Assembly (NCBI GenBank): GCA_046563655.1 | Contig: CM102286.1 | Span: 372,001-436,000 of the forward strand | Origin: Yuukianura sp. NJ FZ-2021 | Lineage: Eukaryota | Reading direction: 5' to 3' | Length of the DNA stretch: 64,000 nucleotides | In this document: in pieces, positions 31,098 to 44,205 of the stretch | How positions within the stretch are numbered: position 1 is the first letter of the stretch | Layout: the number at the start of each line of letters is the position of its first letter | The notes under the pieces: generated by a model | Told to the model about the DNA's origin: nothing | The model's input: only the letters and a program-made list of their open reading frames with translations | Database searches by the model: none | Program-made: the position numbers and the translations under genes

Positions 31098-32206
31098 TTA
31101 GGATTTTATCAAATTGTCAGTTTTGAATTGAGCCGATTGTAGCCGAGCTTGGTTGGATTCAGCCTGAAAACGAAATGAAATTTTCAAAATTTGGAAAAAG
31201 AGAGAGGAAATTTCAGGTTTTTAAAAATTTTACTTTTTTGTTCATCCGATCGAGACCGTCGTTTTGCTTCGTAATTTCCGAATTCATGTCGATGGCTTGG
31301 TTTTTCAAGTCTCCAACAATGTGAGACACTCCGATGAGATTCGAATTCATCTCATCTTCCCTCGCATCGTTTGTAATTCTAAAAAATCACGAATTTTACA
31401 AAATCGCGAATTGCAAAAAATCGAGTTTTACAAACTCGTTTGAGGAAGTTACCTCGGGATAAAGTCGCCTTCGGCCATTGGACGCTGCGTTGATTTTGGT
31501 TGATTGAGGACAGGAACGGGAGAATCTGATTGGTCAGATTTTTTGGTCCATACGTTTGGATTAGCTTCTTTGTGGCGTCCACTTTAAATGTTAAAAAGAC
31601 GTCAAGTTCAATTTCAAATTTTGAACATTTGCGGTATAATTATGAAATAGTTTAAACTTGTGCCTGCAACAGAGGCAGCACTTTTGGAAATAAACTCCGC
31701 AGAAACAGCAGTTGGTTCGCTCCATTTGAATCAACGTGGTTTCCGTTTGCTGCAACTCAGCATGCATAGAGTCTAGTGCATCTTCTGTCCGTTTCAGTTG
31801 TTCTAAATTTTGAAATTTTGAAATTTAAAAACCTAGTTTTAGGATTTACATTATTTAATTGTAACATAAAAACCGGCGTTGACCTCCTTGTTGATGGATC
31901 ATGGCCAACGTCGCAGCTCCAGCGTCCTGTGTCTAAAACAAAAAACGAAGCTTTTAAATATATTTAAAAATTTTTTTTAGAAACGTCTTGCGCGTGGTAT
32001 ACCGCGTGAGTCAATCTTAGCATTTCTCGAGTAGCACGTAGGGACTGTATAAAAAATTATTTCCATTAATTTTTAATTAAAAATGAATAGCAAAAAATTT
32101 GGTGTGTTACCTCGTCCGTCATTTCACAAGATGCAATTTCAATTTTCTGGAGTTCGTTTCTCTCTATTGTGGAGGGAGGAGCGTATTTGGTTGAAGGTGG
32201 AGCCAT
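31098..32206 (-). CDS. SNAP-25 family Qbc SNARE (divergent), 7 exons
   Basis: Spliced ...TDE|SLRATREMLRLTHA|TQDAGAATLAMIHQQGE|QLKRTEDALDSM...TNCCFCGVYFQKCCLCC...GDFIPR|ITNDAREDEMNSNL...DMNSEITKQNDGLDRMNKK|AESNQARL...IKS*. Two SNARE helices and a Cys-rich linker. Confidence 0.88.
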
Positions 32207-32592
32207 GCTTGAAATTTGTCTCAAATTCAAATTGTAACGACAAAATTTTGCAGAGAAGTAAGCTTTTCTAGTTAGCAACTTTATCCTAGCACATCTCGTA
32301 GTAATAAATCGAAAGGCAGAAACGGATAAACTGCCGAACTTTGTTTTGTTGAAGAGTGGGAGTGCTGAAATGTACTGACGCAGTCAATAGCAACTACTCC
32401 TCTAGGATAAGAATGTTGACGTCATGACATCAAAAATTTACTAGAAGAAGAAGCTTATAGTTTTTATTTTACAAAAAATACAAATCGAGACAGTAAAAAA
32501 TTGACGTAAAAAAATACCACAAGCGGAAACTATGTGTTTCCGTATTTTTCTGTCCGCGGAAAATTCTGGAATTGAGCTCAGAGTTGAGACAG

Positions 32593-33942
32593 TTACTTCC
32601 GCAATATGGCGTCAGGTGCAATGGAGCAGTCCAGGACCGTGTTCCAGGAATAGGTGTAGTTGTTTTGAGGTGAGTGCAAACTGGGACTTCTGTATAGACT
32701 TTCCCATGAAGTGGGTATCGGAATCTTGAGCTTCGGTGGTGGTGGTGGAGGTGCCTTGAACCAAGTCCGTTCGTTACCATTGAATCTTCCCGGAGGGATT
32801 TCGTTTCTAAAAATGAAAATTGTTGAGAATTTGAATGAAAATGGGAAATAATTAATGAAATTAATTGATGGTAATGAATGTCCTAAATATTGGATACCGT
32901 TTGGACTCGTCGACATTGAAGTAGAGCAAGACAGAGATGAGTTCCTTGTCAGTCAGTACTTCCAGTGGAGCCACCAGAATAGAGAAATCAGACTTATTCA
33001 TCACAGGAAACCGGATCATCGGAAGCAAATCGGTCAGCACATTCCGAAGAGCGTTACCGGTCGGTTGAACGCCATCACGCTTGCACACCTCTTTTCCCCA
33101 ACTACAATTTCAAAAGCCGTTGAACTATAGTTAGAGATTTAAATCTTAAACTTTTGATTCGTTGTTTCTTACCGGAGAACTGCATTGAACACTTGAGTTT
33201 CGTCTTTTGCTGCCAGTGAATCGGATGCCAACACTTTAAACAGATTGTGAGACGTGAAGTTTAAAAACTCATCGGAATCCAAGATTGTTTTTGCGTTTCT
33301 AAAAAAAATCAAAACCAAAATAGAAACAATCACAAATTGAACCTGAAATCACTCGTATTGTTTCATCAGTTTTTAAATCTTCTAACTTCTAACCTCAAAA
33401 TGAATTCCAGAGCCAGATCTCGCATGTCGTCTTTGTTGTACTTGATTGCCATTTCGTAAGCAGTAACTGCCGATTGCTCAGTGATTTTTTCTAGAGTCTT
33501 CCAGCACCATGCTTCCAAATCCCGTACTTTGAACTGGACAGCATATTTGAGCAAGTTAGCTGCTTGTGGCGGTTTCGGATCTTCTCCGGTGTACAAAAAC
33601 TATGTATAAAATAAAATGATCACTAACACTTTAGTATCGGCGAAGGTGATAAGGTATGTCAAGTGCTGCCAGCATTTGCTGAGAACTTACGTGTAGCAAC
33701 TGCTTGACATCCTGTGTGTTCCCATCTTCAATACTAATGATGGGGGTGACATTGTTTTCTTTCTTAAACTGATCCTCAAAAACTGGAGAATGGAGGCTAA
33801 GGATCAGCTGATGCGCTTTGACCTCCTCTTTGGCTGGGCCTACCACAAAAGCCACGTCGTATGGCCTTCCGAATCCATTTTCCAGAAGTGCAATCAGTCT
33901 GTTCTTGTGGTTCGTTCCCGATGTCTCCCTCCAGTCCGCCAT
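32593..33942 (-). CDS. BTB/POZ-BACK protein 1, no PHR domain, Pro-rich tail
   Basis: 5 exons. YDVAFVVG...AHQLILSLHSPVF (BTB); ILDSDEFL...LASDSLAA.DETQVFNAVLRW and LLPMIRFPVM (BACK); last exon NEIPPGRFNGNERTWFKAPPPPPP...LRK*. Confidence 0.8.
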
Positions 33943-34422
33943 ATTCCGTTTATGTTACAACTTTATAAATAGTAAGCAAGCACAACTTTTGTGTTTTAAA
34001 AAAGAAGAACGAAGTTTGTCTTCACTTGGAGGAGAGGCAAACCTGCTATCCAAAGATGACCCTCACTAAAACTCTGAAACGCCGAAAAGGATTCAAAAAA
34101 TTCTAAACTACAAACCTCAATTCTAAACCTTTTGAACAAAACAAATTGCCTAAATTGTAAATTGATTCGTCGGAAAAGTAGATGTTGAGACAGAAGTTAG
34201 TATGTTTTATTACGTTTCAGTTAATTACCAAATTAAGAATTTGAAATAATTCATGTTATTTGTCCTCACACGACTATAAGTTTTCTTCGTAACGTAGCCG
34301 AATAGTTTTGCATAATCTAATATATTTTATATTTTTCCCAAATGAATTAGTTTTAACATTGCATGTAAATAATAAAAATAATCAGTACATATGTAATTGG
34401 TCATGTTTGAGTTGTAACAAAG

Positions 34423-36568
34423 TTATTGCTGTGCATCGGGGTCATGCAGTTTGAATCCAATGGTTGGAATGAACCCTTGTGTTAACCCGATCACTGCCGG
34501 GTTTTGACCCCTCATTGCCTCAAACCGGAAGTTGATTGTCTTTCCATCCACAGCATACGATCTGGTTGTTCCGTCGTATCCCAATGGAGATTGGTACATT
34601 GCAGGCGTGTATGTTCCCTAGCAACAAACAATTTAATATGGTTTACAATAATGTTTTCGGGTATCCTTCACATTGTTTGACGGGAAAATACTTGTATCTA
34701 GAAACATACCTGGACAATGCCAAATTTAATTGCAAGTATGTACCAAACCGAACGTACAAGCCCGACTGGTTTAGAAAAATGTAGTTGCCAGGTTTTGTCC
34801 AACTGCGCAACTGCCACAGTTTTTGGGTCACTAATACCCAATTGAAATCCAGTACCTTCATCCATCAATGCGACTACAAATGTGACTTGAGAATTGGCGG
34901 TGTCATAGCAACCATATTCTCGTCCAGCGTTCACTCCAACGCTAGTAATCCAAATGGGATGATCAACGGAAAATCTGAAAATTAAAACAAAAATCAAAAA
35001 CTTTCATTTGATTTTTAGATACTAGCGAAAGCTACTTTATGCTTCTACCGTGTCGGCGTGTCATGCCGAATTAGGCAAGCATTAGAAAGGTACGGAAATT
35101 ATTAATATGTAATTATTATTAATTATTATGTAATTTATTAAAAACATGCTTCAGCATAAGGATGGGGTAATTCCCGTCCTTCGAAGCCAACTTGACGTAA
35201 GTGGATCCACGTTCCACAAACTGTCGGCGGCGAGCGGGATCGTTCGGAAATGGTTCGAGACGGTGCAGAATATGCTCCTGTGCAGTCTTCTGTTCTTCGC
35301 ACCCTGTTCGTTCCGATCTACTTAATGGTCGTGGAGGAACGCCAGGTCTAAAAATAATAAAAATGGCTTATTATGTTATATTTTTATTATATCCTACTTT
35401 ACATCATATCCTACTTTTGCCCCTGACCGGACTCCCGTTTTTTGCACCATGCTCGTTCTTTTCCATTGAATGCCCCGGGGGGAAGGTCATTTCTAAAAAT
35501 AATAAAAATGTCATACAATATTATATTTTTAGTATATATTTTACATAGATTGAAAATAAATTACCTCTTGTCTTTGTCGATATTGAAGCAGAGCAGAGTA
35601 GAGATGAGTTCCTTCTCAGTGAGTAACTCCAGTGGAGCAACTAGCATGGAGAAATCGGATTTACTCATGACCGGAAACCGAACCATCGGCAGCAAATCGG
35701 TCAGAACATACCGCAGAGCAGATCCGGTCGGATGAACCCCATCCCGCTTACACATGTCTTTGCCCCAACTGTATTTTTGTGCCAAAAATATAAAGTTTGC
35801 GCTTTCGACGCGAAGTATTTTCGTGTTTTTTTTTTTCAATTTCTTACCGAAGAACGGCTTTGAACACTTGAGTTTCATCTGTTGCCGCCAGTTCATCAGA
35901 AGCCAATACTTTGAAAAAATTGTAAGATGTAAATTTCAAAACTTCATCTGAATCCAAGATTGTGCTTGCGTTGCTAAAAAAATGAAATTATGAAAAGTAT
36001 TAACAATTTTGTTCATAATTTTAAAAATTGGGTATTTACCGCAAAATAAATTGTAGCGCTTGGTCACGAACTGAATTATTTCCAAATCTGATTGCCAATT
36101 CGTATGTGGTCACTGCCGATGCATCGGTGATTTTTTCCAGGCTCTTCCAGCACCACTCTTCCAAATCCCACACTTTGAACTGCACTGCATAACTGAGCAA
36201 CTTTCCTGCTTGAGTGGGCTGGTTACACATTACTCCAGTGTACAAAATCTGTTTAAAAAATAATTTTTTTTTGAAAATTTTGAAAAAAAAATTGAAATTT
36301 TGGTCACTGCTCATACCTGCAGGAACAGTTGAAAATCCTGTTTGTTTCCATCTTGAACGTTAACAATGGGAAAGAAATTGTTTTCTTTTGTGAACTTTTC
36401 TTCAAAAACGGGCGAGTGGAGTTTAAGTATAAACTGGTGACCTTTGACCTCCTCCTTGGCTGGTCCCACCACAAAGGTCACGTCGTACGGATTTCCGAGT
36501 CCATTGTTGAGCATTTTCATCAGTCGCTGGTTGTAGTTGCTTCTTGAAGTCTTTCGCCAGTCTGCCAT
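34423..36568 (-). CDS. BTB-BACK-PHR-like protein 2
   Basis: Same exon layout plus C-terminal FSVDHPIWITSVGV...FSKPV...INFRF...QGFIPTIGF (PHR-like). The full-length model needs a GC donor at 35149-35148. Confidence 0.75.
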
Positions 36569-37252
36569 CTTCTTTCGAATGAAGCAACGTTATGATGAAA
36601 CAGGAAATTGCAAACGTTCTTCTACGTTGATGTGACTGTTGGCTCAGGAAATGAAACTGACGAGTGATCAATACAATTTTGTACTGATAAGAAGCATAAA
36701 GTACCAATAAAATTTTATCACTAACACGCAACCTATCATCATTGCAATCTATCTAAGTCAATCCTGGTTTTCAACCTCAAATTATCTTTTTCCAAGTGGA
36801 ATAAAAGCAGTTACCGTAAAACTCCAAAAAGAACCCCATTCCCAATGTATGCCCCCAGGTCTGTATTAGTACCTGATGTAGCGTAACATAAGACAGACAG
36901 ACATACAGACAACCAGGGAAAAAATATAAAGGAGCACTACTTTCGCTACTTAATAATATTCTGTTACCGTAATATTCCCAATTCCATGTGACCTTCCAGT
37001 TTTCTTTTCACCCAAAGTCCTTGTAGAAACTGAGCTCTCACAGACCAGTTGCGTTATTTTTCAGAAATTCATAGACTACTTTGTATAAAATTTTATTTGT
37101 GTATAGTGTTACTATTTGAAGATTTACGGTAAAAATAATCGAATAAAAATAAAGTAGAAAATAGTTTTTCCAAGTAAAAAAAAGTTGTAACTGAAAGTTA
37201 ACAGTGGAAATGGTGTAATATTGGATTAATCATGTATGAAGTGCAGTTTAAA

Positions 37253-39404
37253 TTATTGTTGTTGTATCTTGGGGCCTTCCAACTTAAATCCAATGGTTGG
37301 AATGAACCCTTGAGTTAACCCGATCACAGCCGGGTTTTGACCCGGAACTTCCTCAAATCGGAAGGTTATCGTCTTTCCCTCCACAGTAATCGACTTGTTT
37401 TTTCCGTCGCATCCCATTGCAGATTGGTACAATTTCGGTTTGTAGACGCCCTGCAACACACAAATACCACCGAATTTATAAATGTTAACTTTTCAGTTTT
37501 GTTTAAATTTTCATACATTTTGAAAATCATACCTCCACAATAGTAAATCCAAGCGTGTACCAACGGGAAGCTTCAACTGGAACAGGCTTACACAAGTGTA
37601 ACTGAAACGTTTTGTCCAACTGAGCAACGCCGACTGTCCGTACCTTCGTCCCCCATACATCCTCAACTTCCGTATCGGTAATCTCCACTTCGAATGTAAT
37701 TTGCGCCGGTTTAGCCAAAATACTTCCTTCAATTCTTGGAACTTGTGAGCCAGCGTTGACTCCAATGCTAGTAATCCAGATTGGATGGTCCACACAAAAT
37801 CTGAAACAGAAAATTAAAGAAATTTTGAATATGAAAATTTAATTATGCAATTATGAAATTCTGACTTGAGTTGATGGTTGCGTTCGACGAAGTCAGTTGC
37901 AGTCAATTTGATGTAACTAGATCCATTTCGTTCCAGAAACTGTTTTCGGAGGGCGGGATCGTTCGGAAGTGGTTCGAGTCGGTGCAGAACATGCTCCTGT
38001 CCCGACTTTCGTTTTTTGAACCAAGTTCGTTCTTTTCCGTTAAATGCTCCTGGGGGAATGTCGTTTCTGAAAATTATAAAATTATTATAGTATATTTATT
38101 ACATAATTTATATATTTTAAAACATACCGCTTGTTTTTGTCGATGTTGAAGTAGAGTAGAATGGAGATGAGTTCCTTGTCAGTGAGTAATTCCAGTGGAG
38201 CCACCAGCATGGAGAAATCGGATTTGCTCATGACCGGAAACCGAACCATCGGCAGAAGATCCGTCAGCACATTCCGAAGACAAGATCCGGTCGGTTGAAC
38301 ACCATCGCGCTTACACATCTCTTTGCCCCACCTAACATTTTTGCCAAAGTTTTTAAACTTTCGAAACAAAATATAACTTATGAAAAGAAATTTTACCGGA
38401 GAACGGCTTTGAATACTTGAGTTTCGTTTGTCGCCGCCAGTTCATCGGACGACAAAACTTTGAAGAGATTATGAGACGTGAATTTCAAAAATTCATCTGA
38501 ATCCAAGATTGTTCTTGCGTTACTAAAAAAATCAAAGCACAAATAGTAACGATTAAGGTCATTTCTTTTTTCAAAATTTGAATAATTGAGTACCTCAAAA
38601 TAAATTGGAGTGCTTGGTCACGAAGTGAATTTTTTCCAAATTTGATTGCAAATTCGTAGACGGTGACTGCCGATTCTTCAGTGATTTGTTCGAGGCTTTT
38701 CCAGCACCATTCCTCCAAATCCCAAACTTGAAACTCCACTGCATACTTGAGCAACTTCGTCGCTTGATTGGGCTGGTCACACATCACTCCAGTGTACAAA
38801 ATCTGTTGTTTTTTGAAAATTTAAAAAAAAAAACGTAAAAAGACAAGGTCACTTGTCTTTGTTGACTTTGTTTGTTTGTTTGTCAGGTTAGTTGGCTTTG
38901 ATTTTCTTTAACAGGTTGAGTAATAACTCATTTTTTTGATTTTACAAAAAGAGTGTCTTTTATTTCATAGTATAGTAGTTTGACACCCGAATTTCTCAAA
39001 TGTTATATACTAGTACCAACTTTTTGGATTGCTACCAAAATTTATACCAATTTTTTTTCATTTTTTTGTCAATGAGCGAGGTGGTACTCAACCTGTTAAA
39101 GAAAATTAACTTTTGGTTGTCAAGGAACCTTGCTTGTTAGTAGTGCTCATACCTGCAGGAACTGTTCAAAATCCTGTTTGTTTCCATCTTCAATGCTAAC
39201 AATAGGGAAGTCCTTGTTTTCTTTTTTGAACTTGTGTTCAAAAACAGGCGAGTGGAGTCTGAGTATGAACTGGTGACCTCTGACCTCCTCTTTGGCTGGT
39301 CCCACTACAAAGGTCACGTCATATGGATTCCCCAGTCCACTTTTGAGCAGTGCAATCAGTCGCTGGTCGTGTTTGATTCCTGACGCCTTTCGCCAGTCGT
39401 CCAT
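37253..39404 (-). CDS. BTB-BACK-PHR-like protein 3
   Basis: MDDWRKASG... through ...ITFRFEEVPGQNPAVIGLTQGFIPTIGFKLEGPKIQQQ*. Paralogous exon structure; intron 1 enlarged by the inverted-repeat element. Confidence 0.8.
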
Positions 39405-40275
39405 CTTCTTTCTAAAGAAAACGCTCCGAATTAACAAACAATTGAAATTTTTTTAATAAGTTGTTGTGAGTGTTGACTGTGAAGTTGAACAAAATGAAAC
39501 TGCAGACAATGGAAAAATGCAATGTTGTACTGATAAGATATATGTAAAAGGTTCCTTCCTACAAAATCCTGCCACGAACAGATGAAAACCTAGGAACCAC
39601 AAGTTTGTGATTCACAACCTACCCTAGTCAAATCTTAGTTTTCAACTTCAACTTGTTCTTTCAAGTGGACAAAAATATATACCGTAAATCTCCAAATAGT
39701 ATCCCACTTCCAAATAATGCCCCGTTCCTTGTAATAGCCACTCTGTACGAGAAATAGTACACCTCGGCTACTATTTGACTACTTACGGTAACAAAAATAT
39801 CACATCCAAAAGGGATGCCGTACCTAACTTAAAGGACAAAGGCAGCGAAAGGCCTTGTTTCTTATTTTATTTTTGTTTCGACACAATAGTTTTGGGTTGT
39901 CAACTTAATCCCGACTGAAATACTTCTTCGAAACTATTTTTTTGAAAACATTCTTCACATTTTATTTAACTAACAATAAAAATTGAACACAAAGGGTTGC
40001 AACCCAGCACACTGAAATACAAAATTGTCACAACAGAAAAGTACATGTTTCCATTTTTTGAAGTTGAAATTGAAACTTTTCTAGTTGAACGGAACAAGTA
40101 GAAGTTTTAGGAAAAGTAGAAGTTAAAAGATTATAGGGCAAAATATAAATCTGGATCTGGAGAATTGATTAACATGGGGTCTCAATAGATCTATACAAAC
40201 CTAGTTCTTATAAGAACTAGTGTTTAATTTGAATTAAAAATATGAACAGGATTAAATTTAAAACTGGACGTGTCG

Positions 40276-42355
40276 TCAGCAGAACTCGTTCATGGGTCCT
40301 TGGTCCTCCGAGTCTCCCTCGTCCTTTACTGGTAAATTGTTTAAGGGGCAAGCAGTTCGTCCCCGAATTAATTCATTCCGGGGCGCGGGATTATTCGGAT
40401 GTGGTTCCATCCAGTATGGAGCATAGGAAGCGGCATAATTCCGAGGTTGCTCCATCCAGTATGGAACATAGGAAGCTGGATAATTCCTAGGTGGTTCCAT
40501 ACGGTGCAGAACATGGGAAGCGGAATAACTCCGAGGTGGTTCCATACGGGGTGGGGCATAGGAAGCTGGCCGAGGTGGTTCCATACGGGGTGGAGCATAG
40601 GAAGCTGGAAAATTATGATATGGTTCCGTACGGGGCGTAACACAGGAAGCTGCATAATTCCGAGATGGTTCTGCACTGGAAGGAATAAGTTCGTGATGGT
40701 GTACAGCATACTCATCCTGTTCAGACGTCCCTTCTTTGAACCAATTTCGTTCCTTGCCATTGAATGGGCCAGACGGAATCTCGTTTCTAAAAAAAAAGAT
40801 AAAAATATAAAATTAAAAGTTACCGGATAGTTTAGGAGGATGGCGTACGTAACTAGATTGACAGACTATGTCACAATTAATGATATCTGGTATTGAATGG
40901 ACAGGCAAGTTGAGAAGAAGAAGGCTGTTCTGGTATAAATTTACATGAACTCCGACCGCTGGGCTCTCCAAGCACAGAACAAAACACAGCGGGTTTCCCA
41001 TGCTATGCACTTTGCCTTGTGACCAAGTACCATGGCTCTTTATGTAGTAGATAATACTATATTTCAATTTATACTTTACATTGTAAAGAAAACAATACCG
41101 TTTGTCTTTGTCTATGTTGAAGTAGAGTAGACTGGAGATGAGTTCCTTGTCAGTGAGCAATTCCAGTGGCGCCACCAGCATGGAGAAATCGGATTTGCTC
41201 ATGACCGGAAACCGAATCATTGGAAGCAAATCGGTCAGCACATTCCGAAGAGCAGATCCAGTCGGTTGAACACCATCGCGCTTGCACATTTCTTTACCCC
41301 ACCTAAAATATTTGCGCAAAGTTGTTCAATTTTCAAAACATATAATTCATGAAAAAAAATTTTTTACCGAACAACGGCTTTGAACACTTGAGTTTCGTTT
41401 GTCGCCGCCAGCTCATCGGATGACAAAACGTAGAAGAGGTTGTGAGACGTGAATTTCAAAAATTCATCTGAATCCAAGATTGTTCTTGCGTTACTGAAAA
41501 AAAAATCAAAGTACAAGTAGTAACGATTAACGTCATTTTTTTCTTCAAAATTTGAAAAATTGAGTAACCTCAGAATAAATTGGAGTGCTTGGTTACGAAG
41601 TGAATTTTTTCGAAATTTGGTTGCAAATTCATAGATGGTGACTGCCGATTCTTCAGTGATTTGTTCAAGGCTCTTCCAGCACCACTCTTCCAAATCCCCA
41701 ATTTGGAACTCCACTGCATACTTGAGCAACTTCGTCGCTTGGTTGGGTTGGTCACACATCACTCCAGTGTACAAAATCTCAAAATTTGAAAATTGAAAAA
41801 AAAGAGCGTAAATACACAAGATCACTTGTTAGTCAGGGTTTGTTAACTTTGATTTTTTTTAACACGTTGAGGAATAGCTCATGTTTTCTCGATTTTGCAA
41901 AAAAGAGTGTCTTTCATTTCAGGGTTTCGTAGTCATACCAATACACCCAAATTGTTTAAATATTACATACGAGTACCAATGTTTTGAATTGCAACCAAAA
42001 TTGGTACCAATTTTTTTTGTCAACGAGCAAGGTAGTACTCAACATGTTAAAGAAAATTAACTTGTCGTTGTCAAGGAACCTTGCTTGTTAGCAGTGCTCA
42101 TACCTGCAGGAACTGTTCAAAATCCTCTCTGTGTCCATCTTGAATGCAAACAACGGGATTGGGTTGATTTTCTTTTTTGAACTTTTCTTCGAAAACGGGC
42201 GAGTGGAGTTTGAGTATGAACTGGTGACCTTTGACCTCTTCCTTGGCTGGTCCCACCACAAAGGTCACGTCGTATGGATTCCCGAGTCCATCTTTGAGCA
42301 GTGCAATCAGTCTCTGGTTGTGATTGGTTCCTGAAGTCTTCCGCCAGTCTGTCAT
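40276..42355 (-). CDS. BTB-BACK protein 4, C-terminal tandem-repeat tail in place of PHR
   Basis: MTDWRKTSG...; last exon 40786-40276 reads NEIPSGPFNGKERNWF... into ~13-15-aa repeats (MEPPRNYPASY) and ends NEFC*. Confidence 0.75.
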
Positions 42356-42582
42356 CTTCTTTCTAAAGAAAACGTTCTGATTTACCAAATAACTGCAATT
42401 TTTCTTATTTGTTGTTGTGAGTGTTGACTGTGAAGATGAACAAAATGAAACTGACGAGGCCAAAATGCAATGATGAGATATTTAAAAAGTCCCAACAAAA
42501 TCCTACCAGAAACAGTAAAGTACAACAGAGAAATAGTACTCCTCGGGAACTATTTGGAGATTTACTGCAACAAAAAATGATG

Positions 42583-42676
42583 CACGTTGGGAAATAGGAG
42601 AGAAAAAGGCGACAAGGTTTTACATGTGTTTAAATGGGATTTCTTGTCGCATTTTTCTCTCCTATTTCCCAACGTG
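42583..42676. mobile_element. 94-bp Transib-like miniature inverted-repeat element
   Basis: 34-bp TIRs with one mismatch, CAC...GTG termini, 5-bp TSD TGATG (42578-42582 and 42677-42681). Absent from the paralogous region near 39800. Confidence 0.75.
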
Positions 42677-42990
42677 TGATGCCCAAATGGGACGGCGTAC
42701 CTAACTTAAAGGACCAAGGCCACGAAAGGGCCTTTCTTATTTTATTTTTGTTTCGGCACAATAGTTTTGGGTTGTCAACTAATGCCGACTGAAATACTTC
42801 TGCAAAACTATTTCTTTTTGAAAACGTTCTTCACATTTTATTTACTAAAAATAAAAATTGAACACAAAGGGTCGCAACCCGGCACAATGAAATATAAAAT
42901 TGTCACAAAAAGAAAACTATACTGTTTCCATTTTTTGCACTTGAAATTGAAACTTTTCTAGTAGTAGAAGGAAAAGTAGAAGTTAAAAGC

Positions 42991-44180
42991 CTATAGGGCA
43001 AAATATAAATCTGGATCTGGAGAATTGACTAACATGGGATCTCGATAGATCTCCACAAACCACTTTCGTTCCTTTCCATTGAATCTTCCTGAAGGAATTT
43101 CGTTTCTGAAAAACATTAAATTTCAGTTCTGAAAAATATGATGAAAAAATTAACAAAAGAAGAAGAAGTTTCAACTGTACCGTTTCGATTCGTTGAGATT
43201 GAAGTGCAAAAGGACAGAGATGGTTTCCTTGTCAGTGAGGATTTCCAATGGAACCACGAGATCAGTAAAATCGTGCTTATTCATCACTGGAAACCGAATC
43301 AGCGGAAGCAAATCGTTCAAAACATACCGAAGAGCGTCTCCGGTCGGTTCAACGCCATCGCGACGACACATCTCTTTGCCCCAACTAAAATTTTGAGCAA
43401 AAGCAAAATAAACGTGTTCGAAATAAAATATTTTCGTTTTTAATTTTTTTTTACCTCAGAACGGCATTAAACACTTGAGTTTCGTTTTTTGCCGCCAGTT
43501 TATCGGATTCCAGAATTATAAGGAGAATGTCGGGCGTGAATTTCAAAAATTCATCAGAATCCAACATTGTGTTTGCGTTACTAAATAAACAAATACGCAA
43601 TAATTAAAAATACTAAAAAAAAAGCAACTCAGTTTTATCACTGTTTAAAACTAACCTCAAAATATATTGAAGTGCGTGGACTCTCAAATCATCCTTTTGA
43701 TGCTCGATAGCCCATTTGTAGGTGACAAGTGCGGATTGGTCAGTCACTTGAATCAGCATCTTCCAGCACCATTCTTGCAATTCCAGCACTTTGAATTCCA
43801 CAGCATATTGGATCACGTTAGTTGCCTCTGTTGGTTTTGGAAACTCTCCAGTGTATAAAAACTAGTTTGATTCAAATTAAAAATATGAACAGCATAAAAC
43901 TTAGGAAAATGCAGTCAAAATATGTTTAGAAACTTACGCGCAGAAATAATTTAAAATCATGTGCGTTTCCATCTTCAATGCCGATGACGGGAAACACACC
44001 ATTGTTATTGTATAAGATCTTCTGCCTAAGAACAACAGAGTGCACTATAAGAACGAACCTGTGACCTTTGACCTCTTCGTTGTTCGGTCCCACGACAAAA
44101 GTCACGTCGCCTGGATACCAACTATCATCTTCCAGAAGTGCAATGAGTCGTTGACGATGATGGTTGATTCCATCGTCCAT
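42991..44180 (-). CDS. BTB-BACK protein 5, short tail, no PHR domain
   Basis: MDDGINHHRQRLIALLEDDSWYPGDVTFVVG...; last exon NEIPSGRFNGKERKWFVEIYRDPMLVNSPDPDLYFAL*. Confidence 0.75.
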
Positions 44181-44205
44181 TTTCTTGTGTCTTACAATGT
44201 TAAAC

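Noticed and set aside
40368..40830. Overlapping repeat ORFs 40399-40830 (+) and 40368-40760 (-)
   Set aside because: Shadow frames of the BTB4 repeat exon; only the frame ending at 40276 is splice-compatible.
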